The notes under the pieces: generated by a model
Databases searched by the model: none
Told to the model about the DNA's origin: nothing
What the model saw: the letters and a program-made list of their open reading frames with translations, nothing else
Program-made: the position numbers and the translations under genes
Shown: in pieces, positions 17,933 to 27,412 of the stretch
Position numbering within the stretch: the first letter of the stretch is position 1
How the letters are laid out: every line of letters starts with the position of its first letter
Source of the DNA: Candidatus Buchananbacteria bacterium
GTDB lineage: Bacteria > Patescibacteriota > Patescibacteriia > Buchananbacterales > UBA6539
Direction of reading: 5' to 3'
DNA: 64,000 nucleotides
NCBI GenBank assembly: GCA_041664165.1
Contig: JBAYLH010000001.1
Coordinates: forward strand, 73,469 to 137,468

Positions 17933-19192
17933 TTAAGTGCCGACTTCCCAGCTCGCCAGATACTTTTTCTGTTCTTTTGTTAACTTATCAATATCGACAC
18001 CGGCTGATTTCAATTTCGCCGCCGCAATCCAATTTTCAATTGCTTCCGGAATATAATAAACTTTATTTTCCAGCTTCTGATAATTTTTAACTACGTATTC
18101 AGTGGCCAAAGCCTGAGTAGCAAAACTCATATCCATTACTGACGCCGGGTGGCCTTCGGCCGCGGCCAGATTAATCAAGCGGCCTTCGCCTAACAAATAA
18201 ACTCTCTTGCTGCCGCTCAAAGTATATTCATCGACAAAATTTCGGACATTCTTTTTTATTTTCTTGGCCATTTTTTTCAAGGCCACAATATCAATTTCGA
18301 CGTCAAAATGGCCGGAGTTGCAGACCATCGCGCCGTCTTTCATTTTAGCAAAATGTTCTTTCCTAATAACCCGGATATCACCGGTTAAAGTGCAAAATAA
18401 ATCACCAATGGCGGCGGCTTTACTCATCGGCAAAACGCGAAAACCGTCCATCATTGCTTCAATGGCCTTAATCGGATCAACTTCGGTAACAATAACATTG
18501 GCACCCATGCCGCGCGCCCGGCTGGCAAAACCCCGGCCGCACCAGCCGTAGCCGGCCACGACCACATTTTTGCCGGCGACTAAGATGTCAGTCGCCCGGA
18601 TAATTCCGTCTAAAGTTGATTGGCCTGTGCCATAACGGTTATCAAATAAATTTTTTGTTTTGGCGTCATTAACGGCGACAATCGGCACCAAAAGTTTGCC
18701 CGATCGTTCTAAAGCTTTAAGCCGAATCACACCCGTCGTCGTTTCTTCCATTGAACCTTTAACCTTGGCGGCCTGATTTTTATATTTGGTGTGAAGCAAC
18801 GACAATAAATCCGCGCCGTCGTCCATAGTCACTTCCGGCTGATGTTTAATCGCCGCTACCAGATTGCCATAATAACTTTCTTTATCTTCGCCGCATTTGG
18901 CAAAAACTGAAATACCATATTCTTTAACCAAAGCCGCCGCCACGTCATCTTGGGTTGATAAAGGATTTGACGCCACTAAAACCACGTCAGCCCCGCCGGC
19001 TTTCAGCGTTCGGACTAAATTAGCGGTTTCACAGGTTACGTGAAGGCAGCAAGAAACTTTTAAACCCTTAAGCGGCTTATTTTTAGCAAACCGTTTTTTA
19101 ATTTCACCTAAAACCGGCATATCGTGTTCCGCCCATTCAATCCGTTTTTTGCCTTCAGGAGCTAGTTTTATATTTTTGACGTCGTATTTCAT
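17933..19192 (-). CDS. ahcY: Adenosylhomocysteinase
   Basis: 419 aa with the SAHH NAD-binding and catalytic regions (HVTCETANL..., GYGWCGRG-like Rossmann motif). Confidence 0.9.
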   Translation of the reverse strand: MKYDVKNIKLAPEGKKRIEWAEHDMPVLGEIKKRFAKNKPLKGLKVSCCLHVTCETANLVRTLKAGGADVVLVASNPLSTQDDVAAALVKEYGISVFAKCGEDKESYYGNLVAAIKHQPEVTMDDGADLLSLLHTKYKNQAAKVKGSMEETTTGVIRLKALERSGKLLVPIVAVNDAKTKNLFDNRYGTGQSTLDGIIRATDILVAGKNVVVAGYGWCGRGFASRARGMGANVIVTEVDPIKAIEAMMDGFRVLPMSKAAAIGDLFCTLTGDIRVIRKEHFAKMKDGAMVCNSGHFDVEIDIVALKKMAKKIKKNVRNFVDEYTLSGSKRVYLLGEGRLINLAAAEGHPASVMDMSFATQALATEYVVKNYQKLENKVYYIPEAIENWIAAAKLKSAGVDIDKLTKEQKKYLASWEVGT

Positions 19193-19214
19193 AAGGATAA
19201 TGCTAATTTATTTA

Positions 19215-20165
19215 TTATAGCTGCTCTCCAAAATTTTGTCGATACCGCTTTTTTAAATCCGGCCAGGTAAACCGATGCGTCTGCGTCCCATATTTTTCGA
19301 CCGTATAAACCGAAATTAAACCAGCAAAGCGGCCAACTTTTCCTAGCGGCCAATTCTTCAGCCAGCCATAAATTAAGCCAGCCCGATAAGCATCACCAGC
19401 TCCGGTCGGGTCAGAAGTGTTCCGTGGTCTAGCTGGCGGGATTTTATAAACCTTGTCACCTTGCTTAATGATTGAACCTTTCTCGCCGAGCGTGGTAACT
19501 AAAATTCCGGTTTTTTTAACTAATACACCATTGATCCAGCCAGTTTTTTTACTGATCAGATTAATTTCATAGTCATTGCCGATTAAAACCTGGCTGCCCA
19601 AAATTGCTTTTTTAAGCTGATTGCCCGAAAGCGAAGTAGTCTGCTGGCCGGGGTCAAAGATATAAGGGATTTTTCGCTGTTTAAAAAGTTTAGGAAAATT
19701 GACCATGTCAATCGGATTTTGAGGAGATATAATCGCAATGTCAGCTTTTAGGTTATAGGTTTTAGGTTTTAGTCGCTTGGTGAGTGGGGTTGACATGGCG
19801 CCGGGATAAAAACCGGCGATTTGATTATCCGCCTGATCAGTGATGATATAAGCGCTGGCCGTATGTTGGCCGGGTAAAATTTTAGTTTGGCTCAAATCAA
19901 TATTATTCTTTTTCAGCCAGGCTTGGTATAAAGCGAAGTCTTTAGCACCAACATTAGTCAAGATTGTCGGCCTTAAACCAACTAAGGCTAAATTGTAAGC
20001 AATGTTACCGGCGGTACCGCCGAAACTTTCTTTTAGCTCTTTGACTAAAAAAGAGACATTTAAAATATGAATTTTTTCCGGCAAAATCTGATCCTTAAAA
20101 TGCCCAGGGAAATCCATAATCCGGTCATAGGCAATGCTACCAGTAACTAATACTTTTTTGATCAT
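19215..20165 (-). CDS. PfkB-family carbohydrate/nucleoside kinase (adenosine kinase candidate by context)
   Basis: DPTGAGDAYRAG, the C-terminal PfkB signature, plus an N-terminal GG motif region. It sits between ahcY and the MTA phosphorylase. Confidence 0.8.
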   Translation of the reverse strand: MIKKVLVTGSIAYDRIMDFPGHFKDQILPEKIHILNVSFLVKELKESFGGTAGNIAYNLALVGLRPTILTNVGAKDFALYQAWLKKNNIDLSQTKILPGQHTASAYIITDQADNQIAGFYPGAMSTPLTKRLKPKTYNLKADIAIISPQNPIDMVNFPKLFKQRKIPYIFDPGQQTTSLSGNQLKKAILGSQVLIGNDYEINLISKKTGWINGVLVKKTGILVTTLGEKGSIIKQGDKVYKIPPARPRNTSDPTGAGDAYRAGLIYGWLKNWPLGKVGRFAGLISVYTVEKYGTQTHRFTWPDLKKRYRQNFGEQL

Positions 20166-20503
20166 AATTTATTAAATCCTTCAAAATGAATTTTATCGTC
20201 ATTAAAAACTTCAACTACTTTATGTTTTCCTTTAGTGTAAGCTTTATCGTTGTCTAAAAAATGACTCGCTTCTAAAATAATTACACTGGCTTTTGTCCGA
20301 GACAAAACACTATCTCCCTTTGTTGCCAATAAAGGAATTTCACCAAATAGCCAGTAGTTTCTCTGACCGGACTTTAAAAAAGGATAAATTCTCCCCACTT
20401 CCAGATTCGCCGGAATACATTCTTCTTCTTTTCTGTTTCCAGCTTTAAATTCAGAGATATTTCTTAAGGCCAGGTCTGGATTGTATTCAACTTGGATACC
20501 CAT
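20162..20503 (-). CDS. Hypothetical protein (113 aa) co-transcribed with the salvage genes
   Basis: It overlaps the PfkB start by 4 nt. No family recognised. Confidence 0.4.
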   Translation of the reverse strand: MGIQVEYNPDLALRNISEFKAGNRKEEECIPANLEVGRIYPFLKSGQRNYWLFGEIPLLATKGDSVLSRTKASVIILEASHFLDNDKAYTKGKHKVVEVFNDDKIHFEGFNKL

Positions 20504-20682
20504 ATAAGCTTTTTCTTGTCATTCCCACCCCGCATCAGGTGCGGGGTAAACTCCAGCGGGAATCTAGGAGTATTAATTAAGCTACTGGATCCCGCATCAA
20601 ATATGCTTATACCAGACAAGTGCGGGATGACAAACCAGGATTAAACTTTAACTTCCGTCGTTATGCCTTAACAATTACGATC

Positions 20683-21453
20683 TTAAAATTTAATTTTAGG
20701 AATGACTTCTAACAAAAGTTTTTTGACGTTATCAACATTTTTACTAAAAATGTCTAAAATTTCTTCCCAAGTGACTGGTTTTTCATCTTCTTTCCAACAG
20801 TCATAATCAGTTGACATCGCAATCGCAGCATAAGGAATATTAACTTCGTTAGCTAAAATCGCTTCCGGCGCGATGCTCATATTAATCACATCGCCGCCCC
20901 AACCGCGAAACATGTGCGATTCCGCCCGGGTGGAAAACCGCGGCCCTTCAATTGTAACTACTGTCCCCTTTTTGTGGTGACTGAGATTCAAATTTTTACA
21001 AGCCTCGATTAATAACTTTCTTAGTCCGGCGGAAAACGGATCGGCCATGGCCGTATGTTTAGCATTACCAGCACCACCAGGAAATTCTTCAAAAAAAGTA
21101 ATCGGCCGGTGCCGGGTAAAATCAATAAACTGGTCCAAAATAATTAAATCACCCCGCTTAATTTCTTCCTTTAAGCTACCACAAGCTGTGGTCGCTAAAA
21201 TATGAGTACAACCTTGATCTTTTAAAGCGGCAATGTTACCCCGGAAATTGACCGCTGTTGGCGGAATCTTATGTTCCCGGCCGTGTCGGGCGATAATACA
21301 AACATCAACTCCTTTTAGTTTGCCAGCGGTTAAAATCGAAGTTGGCTTGCCAAAAGGGGTATCAACTTCCAGTTCTTCAAAATCATCCAATAATTTCGGA
21401 TCATCAAGACCGGACCCGCCGATAATGCCAATTTTTATTGCTTGGTTAGACAT
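20683..21453 (-). CDS. mtnP: S-methyl-5'-thioadenosine phosphorylase / purine nucleoside phosphorylase family
   Basis: IGIIGGSGL N-terminus and the PNP/MTAP fold motifs. Confidence 0.85.
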   Translation of the reverse strand: MSNQAIKIGIIGGSGLDDPKLLDDFEELEVDTPFGKPTSILTAGKLKGVDVCIIARHGREHKIPPTAVNFRGNIAALKDQGCTHILATTACGSLKEEIKRGDLIILDQFIDFTRHRPITFFEEFPGGAGNAKHTAMADPFSAGLRKLLIEACKNLNLSHHKKGTVVTIEGPRFSTRAESHMFRGWGGDVINMSIAPEAILANEVNIPYAAIAMSTDYDCWKEDEKPVTWEEILDIFSKNVDNVKKLLLEVIPKIKF

Positions 21454-21517
21454 AGAAATAGCTTTTAGCTGTTAGCTTATAGCGATTAGAAATTTCTAAA
21501 AGCTATAAACCCACAAA

Positions 21518-22063
21518 CTATTTTATTTCTTCGTTATTATAATCAATCAAATAGTGAACTGGAAAACCTTGCTCCTGCAACTTAACTAACCCTGGTAAAA
21601 ATGACAAATTAATAATGAAATCAATCCCGACAATTTCACCACCCAGCTGCTTGACTAAATCAATCGTGGCTAGCATCGTGCCGCCGGTGGCTAACAAATC
21701 ATCGGCAATAATTACTTTTTCGCCCGGCTTAATCGTGTCTTCGTGCATTTCAATAATATCCGACCCGTATTCTTTTTCGTAGCTGGCTTGTTTAGTCTTA
21801 TGCGGCAACTTGCCTTTCTTTCTGACCACCGAAATTCCAGCCCCTAATTTGTAAGCCATGGTTGAAGCCAGTAAAAACCCCCGAGCGTCAATGCCGATAA
21901 CTTTATCAATTTTTTGGCCAACATAAGGTTGGCACAGTTCATCAATCATTTTTTTAAAACACTCGGCATCTTCAAAAAGCGTCGTCACGTCATAAAATAA
22001 AATCCCAGCTTTGGGAAAATTGGGAATTTTTCTGATTCTTTGGTCTAAATAAGCTTTATCCAT
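21518..22063 (-). CDS. apt: Adenine phosphoribosyltransferase
   Basis: 181 aa with the PRPP-binding motif VIIADDLLATGGT. Confidence 0.9.
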   Translation of the reverse strand: MDKAYLDQRIRKIPNFPKAGILFYDVTTLFEDAECFKKMIDELCQPYVGQKIDKVIGIDARGFLLASTMAYKLGAGISVVRKKGKLPHKTKQASYEKEYGSDIIEMHEDTIKPGEKVIIADDLLATGGTMLATIDLVKQLGGEIVGIDFIINLSFLPGLVKLQEQGFPVHYLIDYNNEEIK

Positions 22064-22130
22064 AATTTTGTAATTATTGCTTAATTAACATAATTATTAT
22101 AGTCGTTTAACGCCAAAAATTCAACCCCAC

Positions 22131-22162
22131 CAAAAAATCGCCTATTCGGCGATTTTTTAAAA
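22131..22162. terminator. Bidirectional terminator (perfect palindrome)
   Basis: AAAAAATCGCC-tatt-CGGCGATTTTTT. Confidence 0.7.
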
Positions 22163-22186
22163 TTATTTTTGGAATTTCTTTTTTAC

Positions 22187-23053
22187 TTATTGATTTTCTT
22201 CTGTCTCTAACTCACTCTTCAATGCAATGGCTTCCTTTGCTTGCTTTAGACGATCGGGAAAAACACAATAACCGGTTACTGAAAATAATTTATCGGCTTT
22301 TTCTGCCCGATTTTGCCTGACTAAAACTACATAATTAGGAATATTAGTCCCATAAACGGTTCCATCATGGCGAGAGTCTTTAATCCATTCGCTATCTTGA
22401 CCGGCAATCTCGTCGCTATGTATTCTTCCTTTACGGAGACTGACATTTTGAAAATAGGCCTGATAATCAGGATCTTGAGGACTTAATTCTTGTTCTGCTC
22501 CGACTGCTGATTTAAGCAACTCAACATCTCTTTCTTCTAACCCTGACAAGACGTGAAAATCGATGGCAGCATTACCGCCAACATCCCCGACCACTTTATT
22601 TCTAAGATGAAGATTTCTATCCTGTTTTAATTCTTCAGGAGTTAAGACTTTTTCTGTATGTTCGCCCCGGACTATTTTGCCGCCTCTGACTTGAACTTCC
22701 AAAAAACCAGGATGATAGCGAGAATCAAGTTTCATTCCAGGATCTTTTACCAACCGGTTTGCCATTTCTACGCCAACCGCTGATAAAGTCAGCCAATCAG
22801 CAATTTTTTTAATACTATCGCGATTGGAACGCATCTCCGTTAAAACGCTGGAACATCCTTCTGGATTAAAACCGCCTTGATCGCCGGTTATTGATTGCTG
22901 TTTTTTTTCAATTTCTTGCCATAAAGCACGCCGCCGTTTCTGATCATCGGGCGACCAATCTCCCAAATTTTCTTCAATTTTTTTTAGGATACCCCGAGAA
23001 CTGCTCTCATCTTGTTCTGGGTCTTGAATTACTTCCGGACTCAGTTTTCGCAT
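22187..23053 (-). CDS. Hypothetical protein (288 aa, charged)
   Basis: Long ORF with native AT-rich codon usage. No family recognised. Confidence 0.5.
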   Translation of the reverse strand: MRKLSPEVIQDPEQDESSSRGILKKIEENLGDWSPDDQKRRRALWQEIEKKQQSITGDQGGFNPEGCSSVLTEMRSNRDSIKKIADWLTLSAVGVEMANRLVKDPGMKLDSRYHPGFLEVQVRGGKIVRGEHTEKVLTPEELKQDRNLHLRNKVVGDVGGNAAIDFHVLSGLEERDVELLKSAVGAEQELSPQDPDYQAYFQNVSLRKGRIHSDEIAGQDSEWIKDSRHDGTVYGTNIPNYVVLVRQNRAEKADKLFSVTGYCVFPDRLKQAKEAIALKSELETEENQ

Positions 23054-23133
23054 ATTTTTTAATTAGGTATTTATTATCTATACTATTTTAGCATAATTTA
23101 GTAAAAAAATCAATGGTTGTGGCACCAGGCGCT

Positions 23134-23178
23134 AAAAAAACCAGCCCCGCCGCTCACAAGCGGCGGGGCTGGTTTGTA
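23134..23178 (-). terminator. Terminator after glnA
   Basis: 13-bp GC-rich stem CCAGCCCCGCCGC/GCGGCGGGGCTGG followed by U7 in minus sense. Confidence 0.8.
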
Positions 23179-23187
23179 TTCTCGATA

Positions 23188-24513
23188 TTACAAATCTAAA
23201 TATCTTTTTAGTTCTCTAGGCGTTACCTCCGTTTTTTGCTCTTCAATTTCAATTTGTTTAGCGCTGATAAATCTATCTAGGGTATGTTGAGTAATAGCGC
23301 CCTTAACCACTTCATCTTTATTTAATTCACTAATCGCTTCTGGCAGTGAACCCGGCAAACTGGATATTTTTAGCTCTTGCTTTCTGTTATCATCTAAATG
23401 ATAAATATCTTCCTCGATGGCCGGCGATAACGGCATATCTTTTTCAATGGCATCGAGTCCCGCCGCCAAGATCGCGGCAAAGGCCAAATAAGGATTGCAC
23501 GACGGATCTGGGGATCGGAGTTCGACTCTGGTTGATTGCTCACGGCCCGGCGTAAACCGCGGAATTCGGATCAGTGCTGACCGATTCATTTGAGCCCAGC
23601 AGATATTGACCGGGGCTTCATAGCCAGGTATCAGTCTCTTAAAAGAATTAGTAGTCGGATTGGTCAAGGCAGTAAAACCTCGGCTATGATGCAGTAAACC
23701 AGCAATAAACTGATAAGCGATTTTTGACAGCTTATAGCCATTGTTGTCTTCATAAAACAAATTATTGCCTTTTAAATCAAACAGGCTTAAATGCACGTGC
23801 ATACCTGATCCGTTTATGCCACCAAATGGTTTTGGCATAAATGTCGCATTGATACCATAACTTTGGGCAATTGCTTTGATGGTAGTTTTTAGAGTTATGA
23901 TATTATCTGCCGTATTTAAGGCATCGGCATAACGAAAATCAATTTCATGCTGCCCTGCTGCAACTTCATGATGACCGGCCTCAATTTTTATATTTAATTC
24001 AGATGAAGCTTTGATTACATCCTCCCTGATTTTTGAGGCGACATCGAAAGGAGAAAAATCAAAATAGCCGCCATAATCATGGGGAACAGGTGCCATACTG
24101 CTATCTTTTTGCAAAAGAAAAAATTCCAGTTCTGCCCCAACGTTCAAAATCAATCCTTTATCTTCGGCTTTTTTCATCATCTGTTTTAAAATGTAACGCG
24201 GATCGCCGATGAATGGTTTTAAGTCTGGACCATAAACATCACAAATTATTCTAGCAGCTTTATTTTCTTTTAAACTCCAAGGCAAAGTGCAGTAAGTTTT
24301 TACATCTGGCATCAGTAGCTGATCACTTTCGGCAATTCTGGCAAACCCCTCAATCGAGGAACCGTCAAACCAGATGCCTTTTTCCAAAGCGCCGGACAAT
24401 TGTTCGGTTGGGATTACAACATCTTTGGGTATACCCAAGATGTCGGTAAACTGCAGATGAATGTACTTAACGTTATCTTTATTTACCTTTTCTAAAAGTG
24501 TTTCTTTGCTCAT
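23188..24513 (-). CDS. glnA: Glutamine synthetase type I (ATG at 24513 preferred over the track's upstream TTG at 24543)
   Basis: GS catalytic motifs (GINGSGMHVHLSLFD, NPYLAFAAILAAGLDA). The real start is judged to be MSKETLLEKV. Confidence 0.9.
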   Translation of the reverse strand: MSKETLLEKVNKDNVKYIHLQFTDILGIPKDVVIPTEQLSGALEKGIWFDGSSIEGFARIAESDQLLMPDVKTYCTLPWSLKENKAARIICDVYGPDLKPFIGDPRYILKQMMKKAEDKGLILNVGAELEFFLLQKDSSMAPVPHDYGGYFDFSPFDVASKIREDVIKASSELNIKIEAGHHEVAAGQHEIDFRYADALNTADNIITLKTTIKAIAQSYGINATFMPKPFGGINGSGMHVHLSLFDLKGNNLFYEDNNGYKLSKIAYQFIAGLLHHSRGFTALTNPTTNSFKRLIPGYEAPVNICWAQMNRSALIRIPRFTPGREQSTRVELRSPDPSCNPYLAFAAILAAGLDAIEKDMPLSPAIEEDIYHLDDNRKQELKISSLPGSLPEAISELNKDEVVKGAITQHTLDRFISAKQIEIEEQKTEVTPRELKRYLDL

Positions 24514-24544
24514 AGTTAATTTTTTTGTTAAGTTTAAAATCAAA

Positions 24545-24607
24545 CAAAAAAGGCGTCAAAAATTATTTTGGACGTCTTTGTCGAGTCTTTTTAGTACGCC
24601 TTTGTAC
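24545..24607 (-). promoter_or_regulatory. Candidate ANTAR-target dual hairpin plus terminator in the glnA leader
   Basis: Minus sense has GUAC-AAAGGC-GUAC and GAC-AAAGAC-GUC (hexaloops with A1 and G4) 11 nt apart. A GACGCC U7 tract follows, with GGCGU available upstream for a terminator stem. Confidence 0.45.
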
Positions 24608-24652
24608 TAATCATAGTGTAGCACAAACCAAAAAAAAGTCAACTGTGGATAT

Positions 24653-25360
24653 TTAAGCCATAACATCCTGGGCTAAAATAATGGCTTCGGCTACTTCTTT
24701 GAGCGATTTTCGTTTATCCATGCTCTTTTTAACCAAAAGCCGATGAGCCTCTTGCTCGGTTAAGCCGCCGGCTTTAATCAAAATTGCTTTAGCCTTATTG
24801 ATAATTTTTTGGGTTTCCAACGCTTCTTTCAAAACATTAGTTTCGGAAATCAGTCGAGACACTTCCAAAATTCCGCCAATTTGTTTGGCAATCGTTTCTA
24901 AAAAATTAATTTCTTTTCTTGGATATCTTTTTGATTTTTTATGCTGAACATTAATTACGCCGATGACATGATTACGAAAAATTATCGGCACCGATAAAAA
25001 CCCTTCAAATTTGTCTTCCGGCAAACTGGAAAAAAGCTTAAAGCGCTTATCTTCATAAGCTTTTTTGGAAATGGCGACTGACTTTTTCGTTTCCGCTACC
25101 CAGCCGGTAATGCCTTCGCCGACTTTCATTTTAACTCGGGAGAGATTAGAGTGATGGGGATTTTGGGACGCTTTCAAAATTACCTCTTCGCCGGAAATCA
25201 AATAAATGAAGCAGGAATCAGCTTTGGTAATTTTGCCGATAATTTTAGCGATGTTATCCAAAATTTCCCGCAAATCAAAGTTGTTGCTGGCGGTTTCAAT
25301 AATTTCCTGCAAAATCAATAAATTATTTTTGACGTCTAAATTTTGATTTTTGGTGGCCAT
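24653..25360 (-). CDS. GAF-ANTAR RNA-binding antitermination regulator
   Basis: An N-terminal GAF-like domain, and a C-terminal ANTAR helix region LTEQEAHRLLVKKSMDKRKSLKEVAEAII. Confidence 0.75.
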   Translation of the reverse strand: MATKNQNLDVKNNLLILQEIIETASNNFDLREILDNIAKIIGKITKADSCFIYLISGEEVILKASQNPHHSNLSRVKMKVGEGITGWVAETKKSVAISKKAYEDKRFKLFSSLPEDKFEGFLSVPIIFRNHVIGVINVQHKKSKRYPRKEINFLETIAKQIGGILEVSRLISETNVLKEALETQKIINKAKAILIKAGGLTEQEAHRLLVKKSMDKRKSLKEVAEAIILAQDVMA

Positions 25361-25362
25361 AA

Positions 25363-26283
25363 TTATTTTCCCTTAAACCAATCGGCGGTCTTTTTAATCC
25401 CCTCTTCTAACTTAACTTCCGGCTGCCAACCTAACTCTTTTTTAATTTTGCCAGAGTCAAGACAGCTTCTTTGCTGTTCAACGGCTTTGGCCTCGCCGTG
25501 GGTAAATTCTAAGTCCGTTTTAAAATTACCTTTGATTAAATCAGCCAATTGATTAACATCGGTTTCAATGCCGGTACCGACATTATAGATGACATTACTA
25601 GCTTTATCTAAAGCAAGCAGATTGGCCCAAACCACATCGCTGACATAAGTATAATCCCGGGTTTGTTTGCCGTCGCCGTTAATTACTGGCACTTGACCAG
25701 CCAATAATTTATCACAAAAAATTGCCACCACCCCGGCTTCGCCTTTGGCATTTTGCCGCGGACCATAGACATTGGCATAGCGTAAAATTACATAAGCCAA
25801 GCCAAAAATTTCTTGGTAATAATATAAATATTTCTCAATGGCTAGTTTCGCAATGCCATAAGGCGAAAGCGGCTGTTCGGCGTGATTTTCTTTAGTCGGG
25901 ATATCGGTTGTATCGCCATAAATTGCCCCGCCGGTTGAAGCAAAGATAAATTTTTTAACCCCAAAATTTTTGCAGTTTTCTAAAAGATTAAGCGAACCCA
26001 AGATGTTTTGGTTGGCATCCCAAACCGGATTTTCCGCCGATTTGCGAACATCAATTTGGGCGGCAAAATGAAAAACTACTTCCGGTTTTTCAATCGCAAA
26101 AATATCAGCCAATTTTTGATCGGTAATATCTAAATTAAAAAATTTAGCTTGGGGGTTTAAATTTTCTTTAAATCCAGTCGCCAGATTATCAATTACTAAA
26201 ACTTCATGATTTTTGGCAATCAAGGCATCAGTAAGATTACTCCCGATAAACCCGGCACCACCTGTTACCAAAATTTTACTCAT
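25363..26283 (-). CDS. NAD-dependent epimerase/dehydratase (UDP-glucose 4-epimerase-like)
   Basis: [17 protein letters not shown] Rossmann motif and the YxxxK region. Confidence 0.85.
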   Translation of the reverse strand: MSKILVTGGAGFIGSNLTDALIAKNHEVLVIDNLATGFKENLNPQAKFFNLDITDQKLADIFAIEKPEVVFHFAAQIDVRKSAENPVWDANQNILGSLNLLENCKNFGVKKFIFASTGGAIYGDTTDIPTKENHAEQPLSPYGIAKLAIEKYLYYYQEIFGLAYVILRYANVYGPRQNAKGEAGVVAIFCDKLLAGQVPVINGDGKQTRDYTYVSDVVWANLLALDKASNVIYNVGTGIETDVNQLADLIKGNFKTDLEFTHGEAKAVEQQRSCLDSGKIKKELGWQPEVKLEEGIKKTADWFKGK

Positions 26284-26438
26284 ATACTAATTTTAAAGTA
26301 ATAAAACATAATTAGCTAATAATCATTTAATTGATCCAACAGGTGTGCGGGTAAATTTGGTAATTAAGTTTTCAGCGAGATAAGCGAGATAAGTTAGGTC
26401 TTGTACTTATCTTGCTAAAAACTTAAAACTTATCTTGC

Positions 26439-27368
26439 TCAAATTACTTGTTTAAAATATTCTATTGTCTTGTCTAACCCTTCATCTAATTTAACACTGG
26501 GCTGCCAAGTCAAATTTTGTTTCGCCAAACTGATGTCTGGCCGACGCTGTTTGGGGTCATCGGCCGGCAAAGGCTGATAAACCAATTTACTCGTACTGCC
26601 GGTTTTTGTCAATATTTTTTCGGCTAATTCATTCATGGTAAATTCTTCGGGATTGCCTAAATTAACCGGGCCAGTCCAACCATCGGAATTCATCATTTGA
26701 TATAAGCCTAAAACCATATCAGAAACATAGCAAAAAGACCGGGTCTGCTTGCCGTCGCCGTAAATTGTCATCGCCTCCCCCTTGAGAGCCTGGGTGATAA
26801 AATTAGAAACTAATCGGCCATCATCCCAAGACATATTCGGGCCATAAGTGTTAAAAATCCGGACGACTTTAATGGGAATTTTTGCTTCCCGGTGGTAGTC
26901 AAAAAATAAAGTCTCGGCACAACGCTTGCCTTCGTCGTAACAGGCTCGCGGACCGATCGGATTAACATTACCATGATAGCTTTCCGGCTGAGGATGAACT
27001 TCCGGGTCGCCGTAAACTTCCGAAGTCGAAGCCTGCAAAACCTTAATCCCGCCTAATTTTTTTGATAACTCTAAACAATTAATCGCCCCCAAGACACTAG
27101 TTTTAACCGTTTCAACTGGCGTTTTTTGGTAATGAACCGGTGATGCCGGACAAGCTAAGTTATAAATCTGATCGACTTTAACTTTGAAGGGTTCGGTAAT
27201 GTCATGTTTCAAAAGCGTAAATTTCCGATTATTTAAAAAAGGCTGGATATTTCTTTTTTGGCCAGTAAAAAAATTATCAAGACAAACGACTTGATTACCT
27301 TTATCTAATAAAAATTGGCAGAGGTGTGAACCGATGAAGCCGGCTCCGCCGGTAACGAGTATGCGCAT
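26439..27368 (-). CDS. UDP-glucuronate decarboxylase (UDP-xylose synthase)-like SDR
   Basis: [41 protein letters not shown] closely follows the UXS N-terminal pattern. Confidence 0.8.
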   Translation of the reverse strand: MRILVTGGAGFIGSHLCQFLLDKGNQVVCLDNFFTGQKRNIQPFLNNRKFTLLKHDITEPFKVKVDQIYNLACPASPVHYQKTPVETVKTSVLGAINCLELSKKLGGIKVLQASTSEVYGDPEVHPQPESYHGNVNPIGPRACYDEGKRCAETLFFDYHREAKIPIKVVRIFNTYGPNMSWDDGRLVSNFITQALKGEAMTIYGDGKQTRSFCYVSDMVLGLYQMMNSDGWTGPVNLGNPEEFTMNELAEKILTKTGSTSKLVYQPLPADDPKQRRPDISLAKQNLTWQPSVKLDEGLDKTIEYFKQVI

Positions 27369-27412
27369 AAATTTATACCTAAGTCTGCAGCAAAATAAGC
27401 AACTTATCTCGC

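Noticed and set aside
20510-20640. A possible CRISPR array suggested by the GC-rich palindromic units
   Set aside because: There are only two dissimilar units, with no regular repeat-spacer periodicity and no cas genes nearby.
24514-24543. Upstream TTG start for glnA used by the ORF track
   Set aside because: The in-frame ATG at 24513 (MSKETLLEKV) matches GS N-termini. The extension would run into the leader hairpins.
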